Source: Chthonomonadales bacterium (GTDB lineage Bacteria; Armatimonadota; Chthonomonadetes; Chthonomonadales; CAJBBX01). Taken from it: a stretch of DNA of 64,000 bases. A program made the position numbers and the translations under genes. The notes beneath the pieces are model-generated. The model did not search any database and was not told the DNA's origin. It saw nothing but the letters and a program-made list of their open reading frames with translations. Of the stretch, positions 29,001 to 37,930 are shown in pieces (position 1 is the stretch's first letter; the number at the start of each line of letters is the position of its first letter). Where the stretch lies: the NCBI GenBank assembly GCA_037443035.1, contig JBBIPC010000002.1, positions 160,001 to 224,000 on the forward strand, in the 5' to 3' direction.

Positions 29001-30108
29001 TTGGTGAACTGAACGCCGCAACAGGAGCAGTACGGTCGGTGGTCACGGCGAAGGTGCCTACGGCCGGCTCTCTCCTGGTGTTGCCCGCGTTGTCCTGAGC
29101 GTAGACGACAACGTTGAACGTTCCCTCGGTAGCAGTCTCGTAGTCTACGCTCCAGGTGACATCTTTGTTGTAATCCGAGCCAAACTCGAGCTGGGCTGGA
29201 ACGACAACCGTGGGGCCTACTGGAGGCGTGATCTCCACGTCTACTGCTCGAATACCCGACGAGCCATCCGCGAAGGCGCCAGTAAGGCGGAACACGTTCT
29301 GGCGAACGAAGGAAGTGGAAATCCCTGCCTTCTTCACGGGCGGTGTCGGATCTATGATCACGCGTCTCTGGAAGATGTTCGACGTGACGCTGCCCGGCTG
29401 ACTCTGGTAGCGAACGCCGATTGTCTCGATCTGTTCCCGCAGACCAGGTCCCATCGGGTCATTGCCCAGAGCGAACACAGCCGGCAGGGCTGTACTCCCT
29501 ACCGTCTGCACGTTGAATTTCTCGTAGTTGGTTGGTGTGTAGACCTGGTTCACCGAGGTCGGGGAACTGAGCGTCACTTGGTCAATAGTCTTGCCAGCCC
29601 CAGCGTCTCCTCGCACTACAACCGGGATGAGCAGGGGTTGGGTCGGATCCCCAAGCACAGCGCCCTGGCCCGCGAAGACGTCCGTCAACAGCTCCAGGGA
29701 ACCCCCTGGGAAGAAGTTCCGGACCTTCACCGTGATAGTCTGGGCTACGCCCGCCACCCCGGCGCGGTACGGGGTGACAGTGAGGGTGACCGTATCGCTC
29801 GGTGCAACCCCGGACAGATCCCACGTCCAATACCAGACCGCGCCCTTGACGAGTGCACCTGCCTCCGGCCCCCCATTGACCGAGATCCGTACTTCGTCGG
29901 CCAGATGGCATGTTCCGTTCACGAGGTAGACAGGTGGCGATACGTTCTTGTTGATGATGGCCCCGTTGAACGGGTTCACAACCCTGACCGTGGTAGCGGC
30001 CGATGCCGCCACCGCCAGTCCAGCGGCTAGGAGAGCCGCTAGCACTGGCGCCATCGGAGGACAAATGCGTCCCATCCGTGGCTTCCTTTCCGCGCAACTC
30101 TCAAGCAT
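26059..30108 (-). CDS. Exported protein with about 11 bacterial Ig-like repeats; putative adhesin or surface protein
   Basis: Signal peptide (VLAALLAAGLAVAASA); ~90-95-aa repeats of pattern DNxxPxVxITSPxNG..WDT..DGxHTxKLxATDKAGN. Start at ATG 30108 behind AAAGGAG. Confidence 0.85.
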   Translation of the reverse strand: MLESCAERKPRMGRICPPMAPVLAALLAAGLAVAASAATTVRVVNPFNGAIINKNVSPPVYLVNGTCHLADEVRISVNGGPEAGALVKGAVWYWTWDLSGVAPSDTVTLTVTPYRAGVAGVAQTITVKVRNFFPGGSLELLTDVFAGQGAVLGDPTQPLLIPVVVRGDAGAGKTIDQVTLSSPTSVNQVYTPTNYEKFNVQTVGSTALPAVFALGNDPMGPGLREQIETIGVRYQSQPGSVTSNIFQRRVIIDPTPPVKKAGISTSFVRQNVFRLTGAFADGSSGIRAVDVEITPPVGPTVVVPAQLEFGSDYNKDVTWSVDYETATEGTFNVVVYAQDNAGNTRREPAVGTFAVTTDRTAPVAAFSSPTPSQFVTGATFAVAATITDASSVTWRLLDNGVVLASGAGSPVAYTWDTTLVPDGVHTLTLEATDAQFNVGSASVTVTVDNAVPAVKFSRPGNGEFVTGTVQITGAVTECNLDSWKIQFDTGGGFNDIPGATGTTTSVSAVWDTSAIASGTVVTLKILATDKAGLSNAAVADTIQVTVVTVGTVSITDPSDGAYVRGTKKIKFTVAVPALDKWELHDLDSSPSKLTDGNASGPFEFDWDTTGKDGRHTIKLFAKNLAGATVDTSVIVTVDNIAPVVTITSPANGAFVRGVVALNAAINDVNPDVFEIQIDGTTLNPPGTVPGSTVAFSLDTTALAEGAHTIKVLATDKAGNTNAAAADAISVTVDNTPPVVVVASPTNGAFIAGPVTASGTVTETNLAKWEWLDNGVVFASGTTLPADAAWNPASDGTHVLKLVVADKAGNVSEATVTVTVDTASPVLTLTVAPVVIVGSDRFVKGVVKVAGTIADANLQSWTLTDTGDAGFVQTGATANFVFDYDTAGKDGTHTFTLNATDKAANPAPPATFTVIADNIAPSVSITAPTNGAVVKGTITLTGTVTDANLSSWQWLDNGSPVPGGSGSGPSASASLNTTLGADGVHVIKLVAVDKAGNVTDNVSVLITVDNTPPAVAIDALPKVQDGADFFVQGVIRLVGSVIDANLLDWRLTDDNDASFVKTGTASGGVSESYTTSGEGAHTFRLKATDKVGFTDEKTVTVIADNVKPTVSLDNPTPNQVVGSRVFVKGTVTVTGNVSDAYLKQWELKAGTSSLASGTASGAISQSWNTTTSIGAVDLVLSATDRIGNANQDSKSVIVDNAGPVVKITSPIPGSTLPPSVAMGSILTLIFRVDHSAGEPSGARAPLAKLLSGTNELNAPSVTVTVQGPSGSFNLSLADALTKPNLVDKLYGSATVSGSADDGYMVIWQLPILRTGYSYGKEYTVRISDAKDVLGNPGTTDQITFRVSLTR

Positions 30109-30436
30109 GGTAGCTCCTTTCGTTGCAGACTGCGTCCGCCGCGGGTTCAAGAGGGCGTGCACGGTCCACCATTGCCCACCTGGCGGCGCTTACGATCACG
30201 TCTCGAGCTCATCGCGCAATGATTTCAGACCGATCTCCCCAACCGGAGCAGATGACGCGCCCTTCACGGCGCAGAGAGCATTCTTATGATGATACGCCCG
30301 CTCTAGGCTTGTTTCCTCCGCTTTCGCGTAGGATTCTCCGTTTTCCTGCACGAACCAAGAACCACCTGCATACGTACAGGCTGGCTAAGAACCATGCTCG
30401 ATCGCAGTTGGAGACGGCGAGCGCGGGGGGATCATC

Positions 30437-31525
30437 ATGAGCGGCTCATCCATACCACAGTCAATGCGTGCCGTACGTTGCCACGCTCCGGGAGATTATC
30501 GCCTGGAGGAAGTGCCGGTACCGCAAACCGGTCCTGGCGAGGTGCTGATCGAGGTCGAAGCGTGTGGCGTCTGTGCTTCTGACGTAAAGTGCTTTGGCGG
30601 AGCGCCACTGTTCTGGGGCGATTCGACGCGTCCGAGGTACGTAGAGCCCCCCGTCATACCAGGCCATGAGTTTGTCGGCCGCGTCGTTGCGGTCGGAGAA
30701 CACGCAGATGCAGAGCATAGCATCGCGGTTGGCTCGAGAGTCATCTCCGAGCAGATCGTCCCCTGTCGGCGATGCCGGCAGTGCGCTGCCGGCCGGTACC
30801 ACCTATGCGAGGCGAACCTTGTTTACGGTTTCCGACAAGCGAGCCAAGGGGCCATGGCAGAGTACATGCTGTTTCCTTCGACCGCCATCGTACACAGAGT
30901 GCCGGATGGCTTGCCCCTTGAGCAAGCTGCTCTGATCGAACCGCTGGCATGTTCCATGCATGCCGTCGAACGGTCGCAGATGGCGCTGGGTGACGTGGTG
31001 GTCATCGCGGGGGCGGGGACTCTCGGCCTCGGCATGGTAGCTGCTGCCCGGCTGAGGAATCCAGGCAGCTTGATCGTTCTGGACCGCTTCGACCACCGCT
31101 TGGATGTCGCGCGGAGTCTCGGCGCGGACGTCGTGCTGAACGTGGTCTCTGCGGACCCTGTCGAGGAGATTCTGGCGCTGACCGATGGATACGGCTGCGA
31201 TGTCTACATAGAAGCAACTGGCCAGCCCGACGCCGTGAATCAGGGTCTGCGCATGCTCCGAAAGGGCGGCACCTTCGTGGAGTTCTCCGTCATGTCGCGC
31301 GAGACAGCCACGGACTGGACCATCATTGGTGACGGCAAGGAACTCACCATCTACGGTGCGCATCTTGGGCCGTACTGCTATCCGAAGGTCATCGGCTATC
31401 TGGAGCGCGGCCTGCTCCGAACGGACGGGATTGTGACACACTGTCTTCCCATCGAGCGGTTCCGTGAAGCCTTCGAGCTTGTTCATGCTGGCGGAGAGAG
31501 CATCAAGGTGTTGCTCGTGCCGTAG
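30437..31525 (+). CDS. eltD: Zn-dependent polyol dehydrogenase, erythritol/L-threitol dehydrogenase-like
   Basis: CASDVKC..FWGD, GHEFVG, structural Zn CRRCRQC..C, GAGTLG and GAHLGPYCYP. Resembles mycobacterial EltD as I recall it. Confidence 0.75.
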   Translation: MSGSSIPQSMRAVRCHAPGDYRLEEVPVPQTGPGEVLIEVEACGVCASDVKCFGGAPLFWGDSTRPRYVEPPVIPGHEFVGRVVAVGEHADAEHSIAVGSRVISEQIVPCRRCRQCAAGRYHLCEANLVYGFRQASQGAMAEYMLFPSTAIVHRVPDGLPLEQAALIEPLACSMHAVERSQMALGDVVVIAGAGTLGLGMVAAARLRNPGSLIVLDRFDHRLDVARSLGADVVLNVVSADPVEEILALTDGYGCDVYIEATGQPDAVNQGLRMLRKGGTFVEFSVMSRETATDWTIIGDGKELTIYGAHLGPYCYPKVIGYLERGLLRTDGIVTHCLPIERFREAFELVHAGGESIKVLLVP

Positions 31526-31531
31526 TTCACG

Positions 31532-32722
31532 ATGCATTACGACCTTATCATCGTCGGTGCAGGACCTGCGGGCGGTTCTTCGGGCCTGGCGGCGGCGCGT
31601 GCCGGGCTGCGAGTCGCCATCGTAGACCGTAGGTTACTGCCACGCCACAAGACCTGCGGTGGTGGGGTGCCCATGGGGGTGGCGCCGTATCTGGAAGGGT
31701 TCGACCCGCGCCCGATAGCCGAGGCGACCGTTCGTCGTATGCATCAGACGTTCCTGTTCGGGCGGTCGGTCATTGCGCCGATGAATGCGCCAGACGATCG
31801 CCCTCAGGTGGAACTATGGTGTGTTCGGCGCGATGTGTTCGACCATGCCTTGGCGTCGGCGGCTGCCCAGCATGGTGCGGACATCCTCGAAGGCATCCGC
31901 GTGGACGGAGTCGAAGCTAGGGGCGCGGAGATAGTCGTTACTGGACGCTCTCAGGGCAGCGGAGTTGCATGGCGGGCGTCGGCCGACCACGTCATCGCGG
32001 CGGACGGCGCCACAGGCGTGGTGGCGCGGCTCATGAATCTCCAGCCACACCGCCTGCCGGCCACTGCCATGGAGGCGGAAGTCCCCCACCGGTGGGGGAC
32101 TGGCCATGCCTCCCTGGAGCCCGATACAATCCATCTCGAGTTCGGCGCCGTGCCGAACGGCTATGCATGGGTCTTTCCTAACAGGGAGCGGCTCAACATC
32201 GGCGCCGGCTTGTTCCGAGGATCGGCCGTGGCAGGCAACACCGTGCGCAAGCTACTGATGGGCGCAATGCAGGACTACGCCCGGTACCTGGGGATCGACA
32301 TCCGCTGGGACGATGCCACCGTCCACGCTCATCCCGTGCCTCTATGGTCGGGCCGCAGCCGACTCCACGGAGCAGGCGGCCGGGTGCTCTTGGCAGGAGA
32401 TGCAGCAGCGTTGGTGAACCCCCTCTTTGGAGATGGTATCCACAACGCCATCCGCTCCGGTCGAATCGCGGTGGAGTGCATCCTCTCCGGTCGACCTGCA
32501 GAGTACAGCGACCGCGTGCACACGAGCCTCGGGGTGGACCTTCGTGCAGCGTCCCGACTGGCTTCGTTCTTCTACCGGTTCCCGAAGGAGTGCTACAGCC
32601 TGGCTATCATGCGCCCTGGTGCCGCTCGTATCGCTGCGCGTCTGCTCAACGGTGACATGAGCTATCGCGAGCTTGTCCCTCGCGTCATGCGGCGTATCGT
32701 TCGCGCGCTGGCTACTTCCTGA
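31532..32722 (+). CDS. Geranylgeranyl reductase family FAD oxidoreductase
   Basis: VGAGPAGG, RHKTCGGG, GYAWVFP and LAGDAAALVNPLFGDGI motifs. Confidence 0.9.
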   Translation: MHYDLIIVGAGPAGGSSGLAAARAGLRVAIVDRRLLPRHKTCGGGVPMGVAPYLEGFDPRPIAEATVRRMHQTFLFGRSVIAPMNAPDDRPQVELWCVRRDVFDHALASAAAQHGADILEGIRVDGVEARGAEIVVTGRSQGSGVAWRASADHVIAADGATGVVARLMNLQPHRLPATAMEAEVPHRWGTGHASLEPDTIHLEFGAVPNGYAWVFPNRERLNIGAGLFRGSAVAGNTVRKLLMGAMQDYARYLGIDIRWDDATVHAHPVPLWSGRSRLHGAGGRVLLAGDAAALVNPLFGDGIHNAIRSGRIAVECILSGRPAEYSDRVHTSLGVDLRAASRLASFFYRFPKECYSLAIMRPGAARIAARLLNGDMSYRELVPRVMRRIVRALATS

Positions 32723-32725
32723 ACG

Positions 32726-33802
32726 TCACTCGCGCCAGTCAGCAACGAAGACGTTCGTCTCACGACTCCTGCCAGTTCGGTTGGAACACCACAGAAGCCG
32801 TCTTCCGTCCGGGCTGAACATGGGGAACGAGTCGAACTCCCCGCCATAGGTGACTCGCTCCAGACCCGTGCCGTCAACATTGACAAGGAACAGGTCGAAC
32901 ATACGCCCTGCCGGGTCGTGATGGTTGCTCGAGAAGATGATGCGCTTGCCATCGGAAGCGAAGAACGGCGCGAAGCTCGCTCCCTGGAGATTCGTGACTT
33001 GGCGTGGTTGAGAACCATCCGCGCGGGCCACCCAGATGTCCATCCGACTCGGTTTCACCAGTTCCTGCGCAAGCAGTGAGCGGTATTCCGTCTCCTCTTC
33101 GTGGTTCTGTGGATACCGTGCGCGCCATACGATCATCCGGCCGTCCGGAGAATAGAACGGGCCGCCATCGTAGCCCAGGCGGTGCGTCAGGCGACGTACA
33201 TCGCTTCCATCCGTACGCATGGAGTAGATCTCGAGATCGCCATCCATGCTCGAAGTGAAGATGATGCGCTTCCCATCTGGTGACACAGTGGCCTCGGCAT
33301 AGTACGCTGTCGGCACACCCGGTGCGACCTTCTGAGGTAGGAGCGGCCGCGCATCCGACCCATCCGCCTTGGCGCGATAGATGGCGTAGCGGTTCCACAC
33401 CGGCCATACATATCCTCGGGAGCGGTCCGGCGGTGGCGGCGGCTCCGGGCTGAAGCCCTCCGTGCTCGAATACAGAATCTCCTTGTCACCTTTCAGGAAG
33501 TAACCACAGGTACAGCGTCCGAGACCACTCGATACGCGCCGTTCTCCGGAGCCGTCGGCGTTCATGGTGAACATCTGGTCCGCCTTCATGTCACCGCGCC
33601 GGACCTGACAGATGATCTGCTTGCCGGAGAAACTCCAGTAAGCCTCTGCGTAGCCACCGCCCGCAGTGAGCTTCCGCACGTTGGTGAGGTGGATCTCCCG
33701 ATCGTCGCGGAGCGTTGGCAAGGGACCGGACGGCTGTTGCCTCGCACCTCCGAGGATCGGCACTGTCATTAGGCCGATCAGGACCCCCAGGCGCCTGATC
33801 AA
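32726..33802 (-). CDS. Exported TolB-like PD40 beta-propeller protein
   Basis: Repeated SPDGKRIIFTS, YDGGPFYSPDG and FPMFSPDG blades; signal peptide; overlaps the M28 stop codon. Confidence 0.9.
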   Translation of the reverse strand: MIRRLGVLIGLMTVPILGGARQQPSGPLPTLRDDREIHLTNVRKLTAGGGYAEAYWSFSGKQIICQVRRGDMKADQMFTMNADGSGERRVSSGLGRCTCGYFLKGDKEILYSSTEGFSPEPPPPPDRSRGYVWPVWNRYAIYRAKADGSDARPLLPQKVAPGVPTAYYAEATVSPDGKRIIFTSSMDGDLEIYSMRTDGSDVRRLTHRLGYDGGPFYSPDGRMIVWRARYPQNHEEETEYRSLLAQELVKPSRMDIWVARADGSQPRQVTNLQGASFAPFFASDGKRIIFSSNHHDPAGRMFDLFLVNVDGTGLERVTYGGEFDSFPMFSPDGRRLLWCSNRTGRSRETNVFVADWRE

Positions 33803-35613
33803 CGCACCGACTCCGCCAGTGTCAGCGTCACGGTAATCTCCTCGGCACCGCGCTTGACGGTCACTTCGACCTTCTCGCCCGGTTTCCGATCAGCGAGGAC
33901 CGCCATGTACTCCTCGATGTTGCGAATGGACTTGCCGGCGATGCGGATAACGATGTCACCGACCTTCACGCCAGCTTTCTCTGCGGGTCCTCCGGATCGG
34001 AGACCACCGACCGGCACTCCGGCCACCTCGGCGCTGTACTCGGGCATGATGCCCAGCGACGCTCCCGAACGCCTGGGCGGGCCACCACCCGGGCGCTCCG
34101 CCTGGATCCTGACGAACTCAGGGCGTTTGGGGTCTTCCGCGACCCTTGTCGCAATGTCCGCCACCATCTGGACAATCCGTGTCTCGTCCCACATGTTGAT
34201 CTTGTCGAAGGTGTCGCTGGGTCTGTGGTAGTCCGGATGGGTGCCTGTGAAGAAGAAGAGTACCGGCACGCCTGCGTTGTAGAAGGACTGGTGGTCGCTA
34301 CCGCCGAACCCGGCATTGCTCCTGGCAAGCTGGAAGGATGCCGTCTTGTTCACCTCGTCCAGGATGCCGTTCCAGACCGGTGACGTTCCCACCCCGATGG
34401 CGCTGACCTTGTTATCCTTGGCCCGTCCTATCATGTCCAGGTTCAGCATGGCCACAGTCTTCTCCAAGGGCACGATGGGGTTCTTGGTGTAATGGATTGA
34501 ACCCAAGAGACCAAGTTCCTCGCCCGAGAACGCCATGAAGAGCATGCTGCGCTTGGGACGTACTGGGAGCGACGCGAAGTACTCCGCCAGGGCCATCATC
34601 CCGGCTGTGCCCGATGCGTTGTCGTCGGCGCCATAGTGGATGGCCGGTTTGTTGACCGGGTTCAGGGAGCCTGCACCGCCAAGCCCCAGGTGATCCATAT
34701 GAGCGCCTATGACGAGGTACTCTTTGGCAAGCTCGGGATCGGAGCCTGGCAATAGTCCGATGATGTTTGCCGTTGGCTCTTCCCGCGTGGCGACTTCAGT
34801 CGCAACGGCAGCTTGGACGGGTAGCTCCACCGACGCCGGTGTCTCGGATAGGGTCTTCTCGATTTCGGCCAGGTTCTTGCCTGCAGCGCGGAGCCACTCC
34901 TCGGCGACGGCACGCCTTACCATCAGAACGGGTAGGCCGCTGTTGCCTGGTCGTGCGGAAGCGTTGAAGGTGGGTTGCTCCTTCTCATTCGCGAGTGCAA
35001 CGACAAGCGCGGCCGCGCCGGCATCTCGTGCGGCCTGCACCTTACGCTGCAGCTCCATCCCGCGGAATCGTCCGCGACGCTCCGGCTGCTCAGGCGACAT
35101 GACCGCCAGCGCGATCTTCCCTTTGGCATCCACGCCGGCATAGTCATCCCGAGCGCCCGTGGTGTTGCCATAGCCCACGAACACGACGGGTCCCTTGGCC
35201 GTTCCGGTGGACGCGCTAGATGCCGGCTCGAAGTCCTTGCTCAGGCGGTAGCGTTTCGTCTGACCTGAAATGACGGCTTCTAGCGAGTTCGCTTTGCCTC
35301 GTTGAGAACCAGCAATGAACGCGAATGGCTGGAAGTAGCCACTGCCATTCAGCTTGGCGTTCGGGTCACGCTGTTTGCTCGTCCCCAACGGCACGAGGCC
35401 GATGTGCCGGAAGTGCTCGGCGATATAGCGTGCCGCTATCTCGTTTCCCTTCTCCCCCGTGCGCCGCCCCTGACATTCGTCGCCAGCAAGGAACTGCAGA
35501 TGAGGTGAGATCAGCGATTCCGTGATCGCTACGGGTTTCCGTACGTCTGCCAGCGTCGCACCTACGGAAATCGCCAGGAATGCCAGCGTGGCACGCAGTG
35601 TCCAATGACGCAT
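33799..35613 (-). CDS. M28 family metallopeptidase with PA and C-terminal PDZ domains
   Basis: IGAHMDHLG, GADDNASG, FSGEELGLLGS, NLDMIGR and YHRPSD motifs; PDZ LGIMPEY..GPAEKAG. Start at ATG 35613 after AAGGAG. Confidence 0.92.
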   Translation of the reverse strand: MRHWTLRATLAFLAISVGATLADVRKPVAITESLISPHLQFLAGDECQGRRTGEKGNEIAARYIAEHFRHIGLVPLGTSKQRDPNAKLNGSGYFQPFAFIAGSQRGKANSLEAVISGQTKRYRLSKDFEPASSASTGTAKGPVVFVGYGNTTGARDDYAGVDAKGKIALAVMSPEQPERRGRFRGMELQRKVQAARDAGAAALVVALANEKEQPTFNASARPGNSGLPVLMVRRAVAEEWLRAAGKNLAEIEKTLSETPASVELPVQAAVATEVATREEPTANIIGLLPGSDPELAKEYLVIGAHMDHLGLGGAGSLNPVNKPAIHYGADDNASGTAGMMALAEYFASLPVRPKRSMLFMAFSGEELGLLGSIHYTKNPIVPLEKTVAMLNLDMIGRAKDNKVSAIGVGTSPVWNGILDEVNKTASFQLARSNAGFGGSDHQSFYNAGVPVLFFFTGTHPDYHRPSDTFDKINMWDETRIVQMVADIATRVAEDPKRPEFVRIQAERPGGGPPRRSGASLGIMPEYSAEVAGVPVGGLRSGGPAEKAGVKVGDIVIRIAGKSIRNIEEYMAVLADRKPGEKVEVTVKRGAEEITVTLTLAESVR

Positions 35614-35624
35614 GAGTGTGCTCC

Positions 35625-36425
35625 TTATCTTGTTGCGCCTGAAGGTCGCTGATCCGTCTCGGGCCACCAGTCCCGCAGCACCGGCAGCAGCGTCGTAGCC
35701 GTCATGTCCACCTGGATGGGGGTAACGGCGATGCGTCCCTTCCGAACTGCCGCAATGTCCGTGGTCTCGTCGGTCTCGTCGTCCTTCAGGACCCCCGATA
35801 GCCAGTAATACTCCTGTCCCCGAGGATCCTTACGCACAACTATACGGTCGGTGTATTCTCGCCGTCCCTGTGTTGTCACCGCAACCCCGCGAATGCTCTC
35901 ACCGGGCAAGTCCGGTACGTTCACGTTGAGCAATGTGTAGGGAGGCAGCCCATGCCCGAGGATTCTCGTCGCAAGCTCGCACGCGAATTCGGCCGCGGGA
36001 CTCCAGTTCTGCACGCCTCCATTTCCACTGACAACGGAGACTGCGACCGTTGGTATACCCAGTATGGCTGCTTCCAACGCTGCCATGACAGTCCCGCTGT
36101 ACGTGATGTCCCAACCGAGGTTCGCGCCCTCGTTAATGCCCGCGAACGCCAGGTCCACGCGCTGTTGCATGACAACGTCATAGGCCAGCGACACACAGTC
36201 GGTCGGCGTGCCGTTCGACGACCATGCGCGCGAACCGTCTCCCAGGGTGATTTCGGCCAGACGAAGCGGCTTATGGAGTGTTACGGCATGGCCAATGGCG
36301 CTCCGCGGCCGCTCGGGCGCCACGACGAACGTATCCCCTACCGCGGCTAGTGCCTGTCTGAGCGCCAGAAGGCCCGGTGCTCCGATGCCATCGTCGTTCG
36401 TGATGAGAATCCGCGGCCTGCTCAT
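35625..36425 (-). CDS. surE: 5'/3'-nucleotidase SurE
   Basis: ILITNDDGI, GTPTDCV and GINEGANLG..YSGTV motifs. Confidence 0.95.
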   Translation of the reverse strand: MSRPRILITNDDGIGAPGLLALRQALAAVGDTFVVAPERPRSAIGHAVTLHKPLRLAEITLGDGSRAWSSNGTPTDCVSLAYDVVMQQRVDLAFAGINEGANLGWDITYSGTVMAALEAAILGIPTVAVSVVSGNGGVQNWSPAAEFACELATRILGHGLPPYTLLNVNVPDLPGESIRGVAVTTQGRREYTDRIVVRKDPRGQEYYWLSGVLKDDETDETTDIAAVRKGRIAVTPIQVDMTATTLLPVLRDWWPETDQRPSGATR

Positions 36426-36521
36426 GTGCTCCCCACACGAGGTATCGCGGGTACGAGTATCCAGTGAGGGCATGGGAAGGCAGACTGGGTGGCATCGTTG
36501 GTTGGCATTGGCGTGGCGTCA

Positions 36522-37856
36522 TTATACCGACGAACGGTCGTCACTACGTGCCATACGCGAACTCTGCCGGCGGTAATCGCGCATGGAGACCAACTGCAAG
36601 GCAACGCCACCGAGCATGATCACCTCAGCGACGAGGAAGGCACGTTTCGCGCCAAGAAGGTGGAAGAGCGGTATTGCGCAATGCGGAGCGATACTGCCCC
36701 GAATTCCGAAGAAGCTGGAGTGCAGCGCCTGGTACTGCGCCGCGCGCCCTGGTTCCGCAAAGAGCAGTGTGGTGTTCAGGTACCCCAGCTCGATGGCTGA
36801 CATGGCGATTCCACCGGCGGCAGCGGCGAGGCGGAGATACTCCACGCGCGGCGCGAACGCGTACGTGATGGGCATGGTGCACACGACCCCGATGGCGATG
36901 AGGACCGTCACAAGAGGTCCCTTCCGGTCCATGAACGGCCCCCAGAAGAAGAACCCGGCGATCGTCGCCGCCGCCGCAACGTTCTGGAGATTGGCTACTT
37001 CGGTGTTGGTGATGGCGAATCGGTCCACCTGGTAGATCGGATAGAGGGTGGTCGCCACGATATTGCCAAATCCGTAGACAAAAACCGAAGCCGTGAACCA
37101 GCGATAGCCTGGGTTGCGTCGCAAGATGTCCAGGGTGTCCCGCAGAAACTCCAGTGTGGAGACCGAATCGCGCTCTGATTCTGGGCCTGCATGTACGGGT
37201 ATACGACTGAACGTCCATGCACTCAGTGCCCCGAATGCGCCACCCACGAAGAAGACGGCACGCCACCCTGCGCCCGCATCCATGAGGCGACCGGCAATGA
37301 GCGCTGTTGCCAGTGTCACGATGTTCAGCACGATTCGGACCACGCTCATGAGGCGTCCGCGTAGCTCGTCCGGGTAGATGTCCTTCATGACGGCAGTGTA
37401 GGCGGGAGACGACACGGAAAAGATGACCGGCGTGGCACACACAAGTAGCACGAACTGTTCTCTGCTACGAACGAATGGGCTCAACATGAAGAGCCCGCGG
37501 GCAACCAGCCACGTCCAGTAGACGAATGGCAGCTTCGCACGTCCCTCCATCTGGCGGGCCCAGATGGTCGCGAACACGTAGCCCAGAGCCGGCGCGGACG
37601 CCAGCCAGCCCATCTGGCTAGCCGTCGCCTGCATCTCGGCTCTGGCGATCCTCCCGACGAAGGTCCACACACAACCGAGGTACACGCCGGCGCATGCGCC
37701 CGTCGCCATATCCCAGAGCCACGCACGGCGCGTCGTGTCCGGTAGTTCTGGCAGACGTGGCCGCGGGACGAAACGTGATAGTGCCAATCGCAAGGAGTTC
37801 GTTCTCAGACAGACAACACCGGCGTGCCCGACAACCGCCGCACGCCGGTGATGCAT
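36522..37856 (-). CDS. MFS transporter
   Basis: About 12 hydrophobic segments; IYPDELRGR and GPFMDRKG loop motifs; AGGAGG RBS. Confidence 0.85.
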   Translation of the reverse strand: MHHRRAAVVGHAGVVCLRTNSLRLALSRFVPRPRLPELPDTTRRAWLWDMATGACAGVYLGCVWTFVGRIARAEMQATASQMGWLASAPALGYVFATIWARQMEGRAKLPFVYWTWLVARGLFMLSPFVRSREQFVLLVCATPVIFSVSSPAYTAVMKDIYPDELRGRLMSVVRIVLNIVTLATALIAGRLMDAGAGWRAVFFVGGAFGALSAWTFSRIPVHAGPESERDSVSTLEFLRDTLDILRRNPGYRWFTASVFVYGFGNIVATTLYPIYQVDRFAITNTEVANLQNVAAAATIAGFFFWGPFMDRKGPLVTVLIAIGVVCTMPITYAFAPRVEYLRLAAAAGGIAMSAIELGYLNTTLLFAEPGRAAQYQALHSSFFGIRGSIAPHCAIPLFHLLGAKRAFLVAEVIMLGGVALQLVSMRDYRRQSSRMARSDDRSSV

Positions 37857-37930
37857 GTTACCTCCTTCCTCGCCGGAGTGTGGCAGTGGGCATGATCGGT
37901 TGTCGAAAAGCCAAGGTCAGCTCGGCCAAG

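Noticed and set aside
26059..30108. DNA-level tandem repeat or CRISPR-like array
   Set aside because: The repeats are degenerate protein-level Ig domains, with no identical repeats or spacers.
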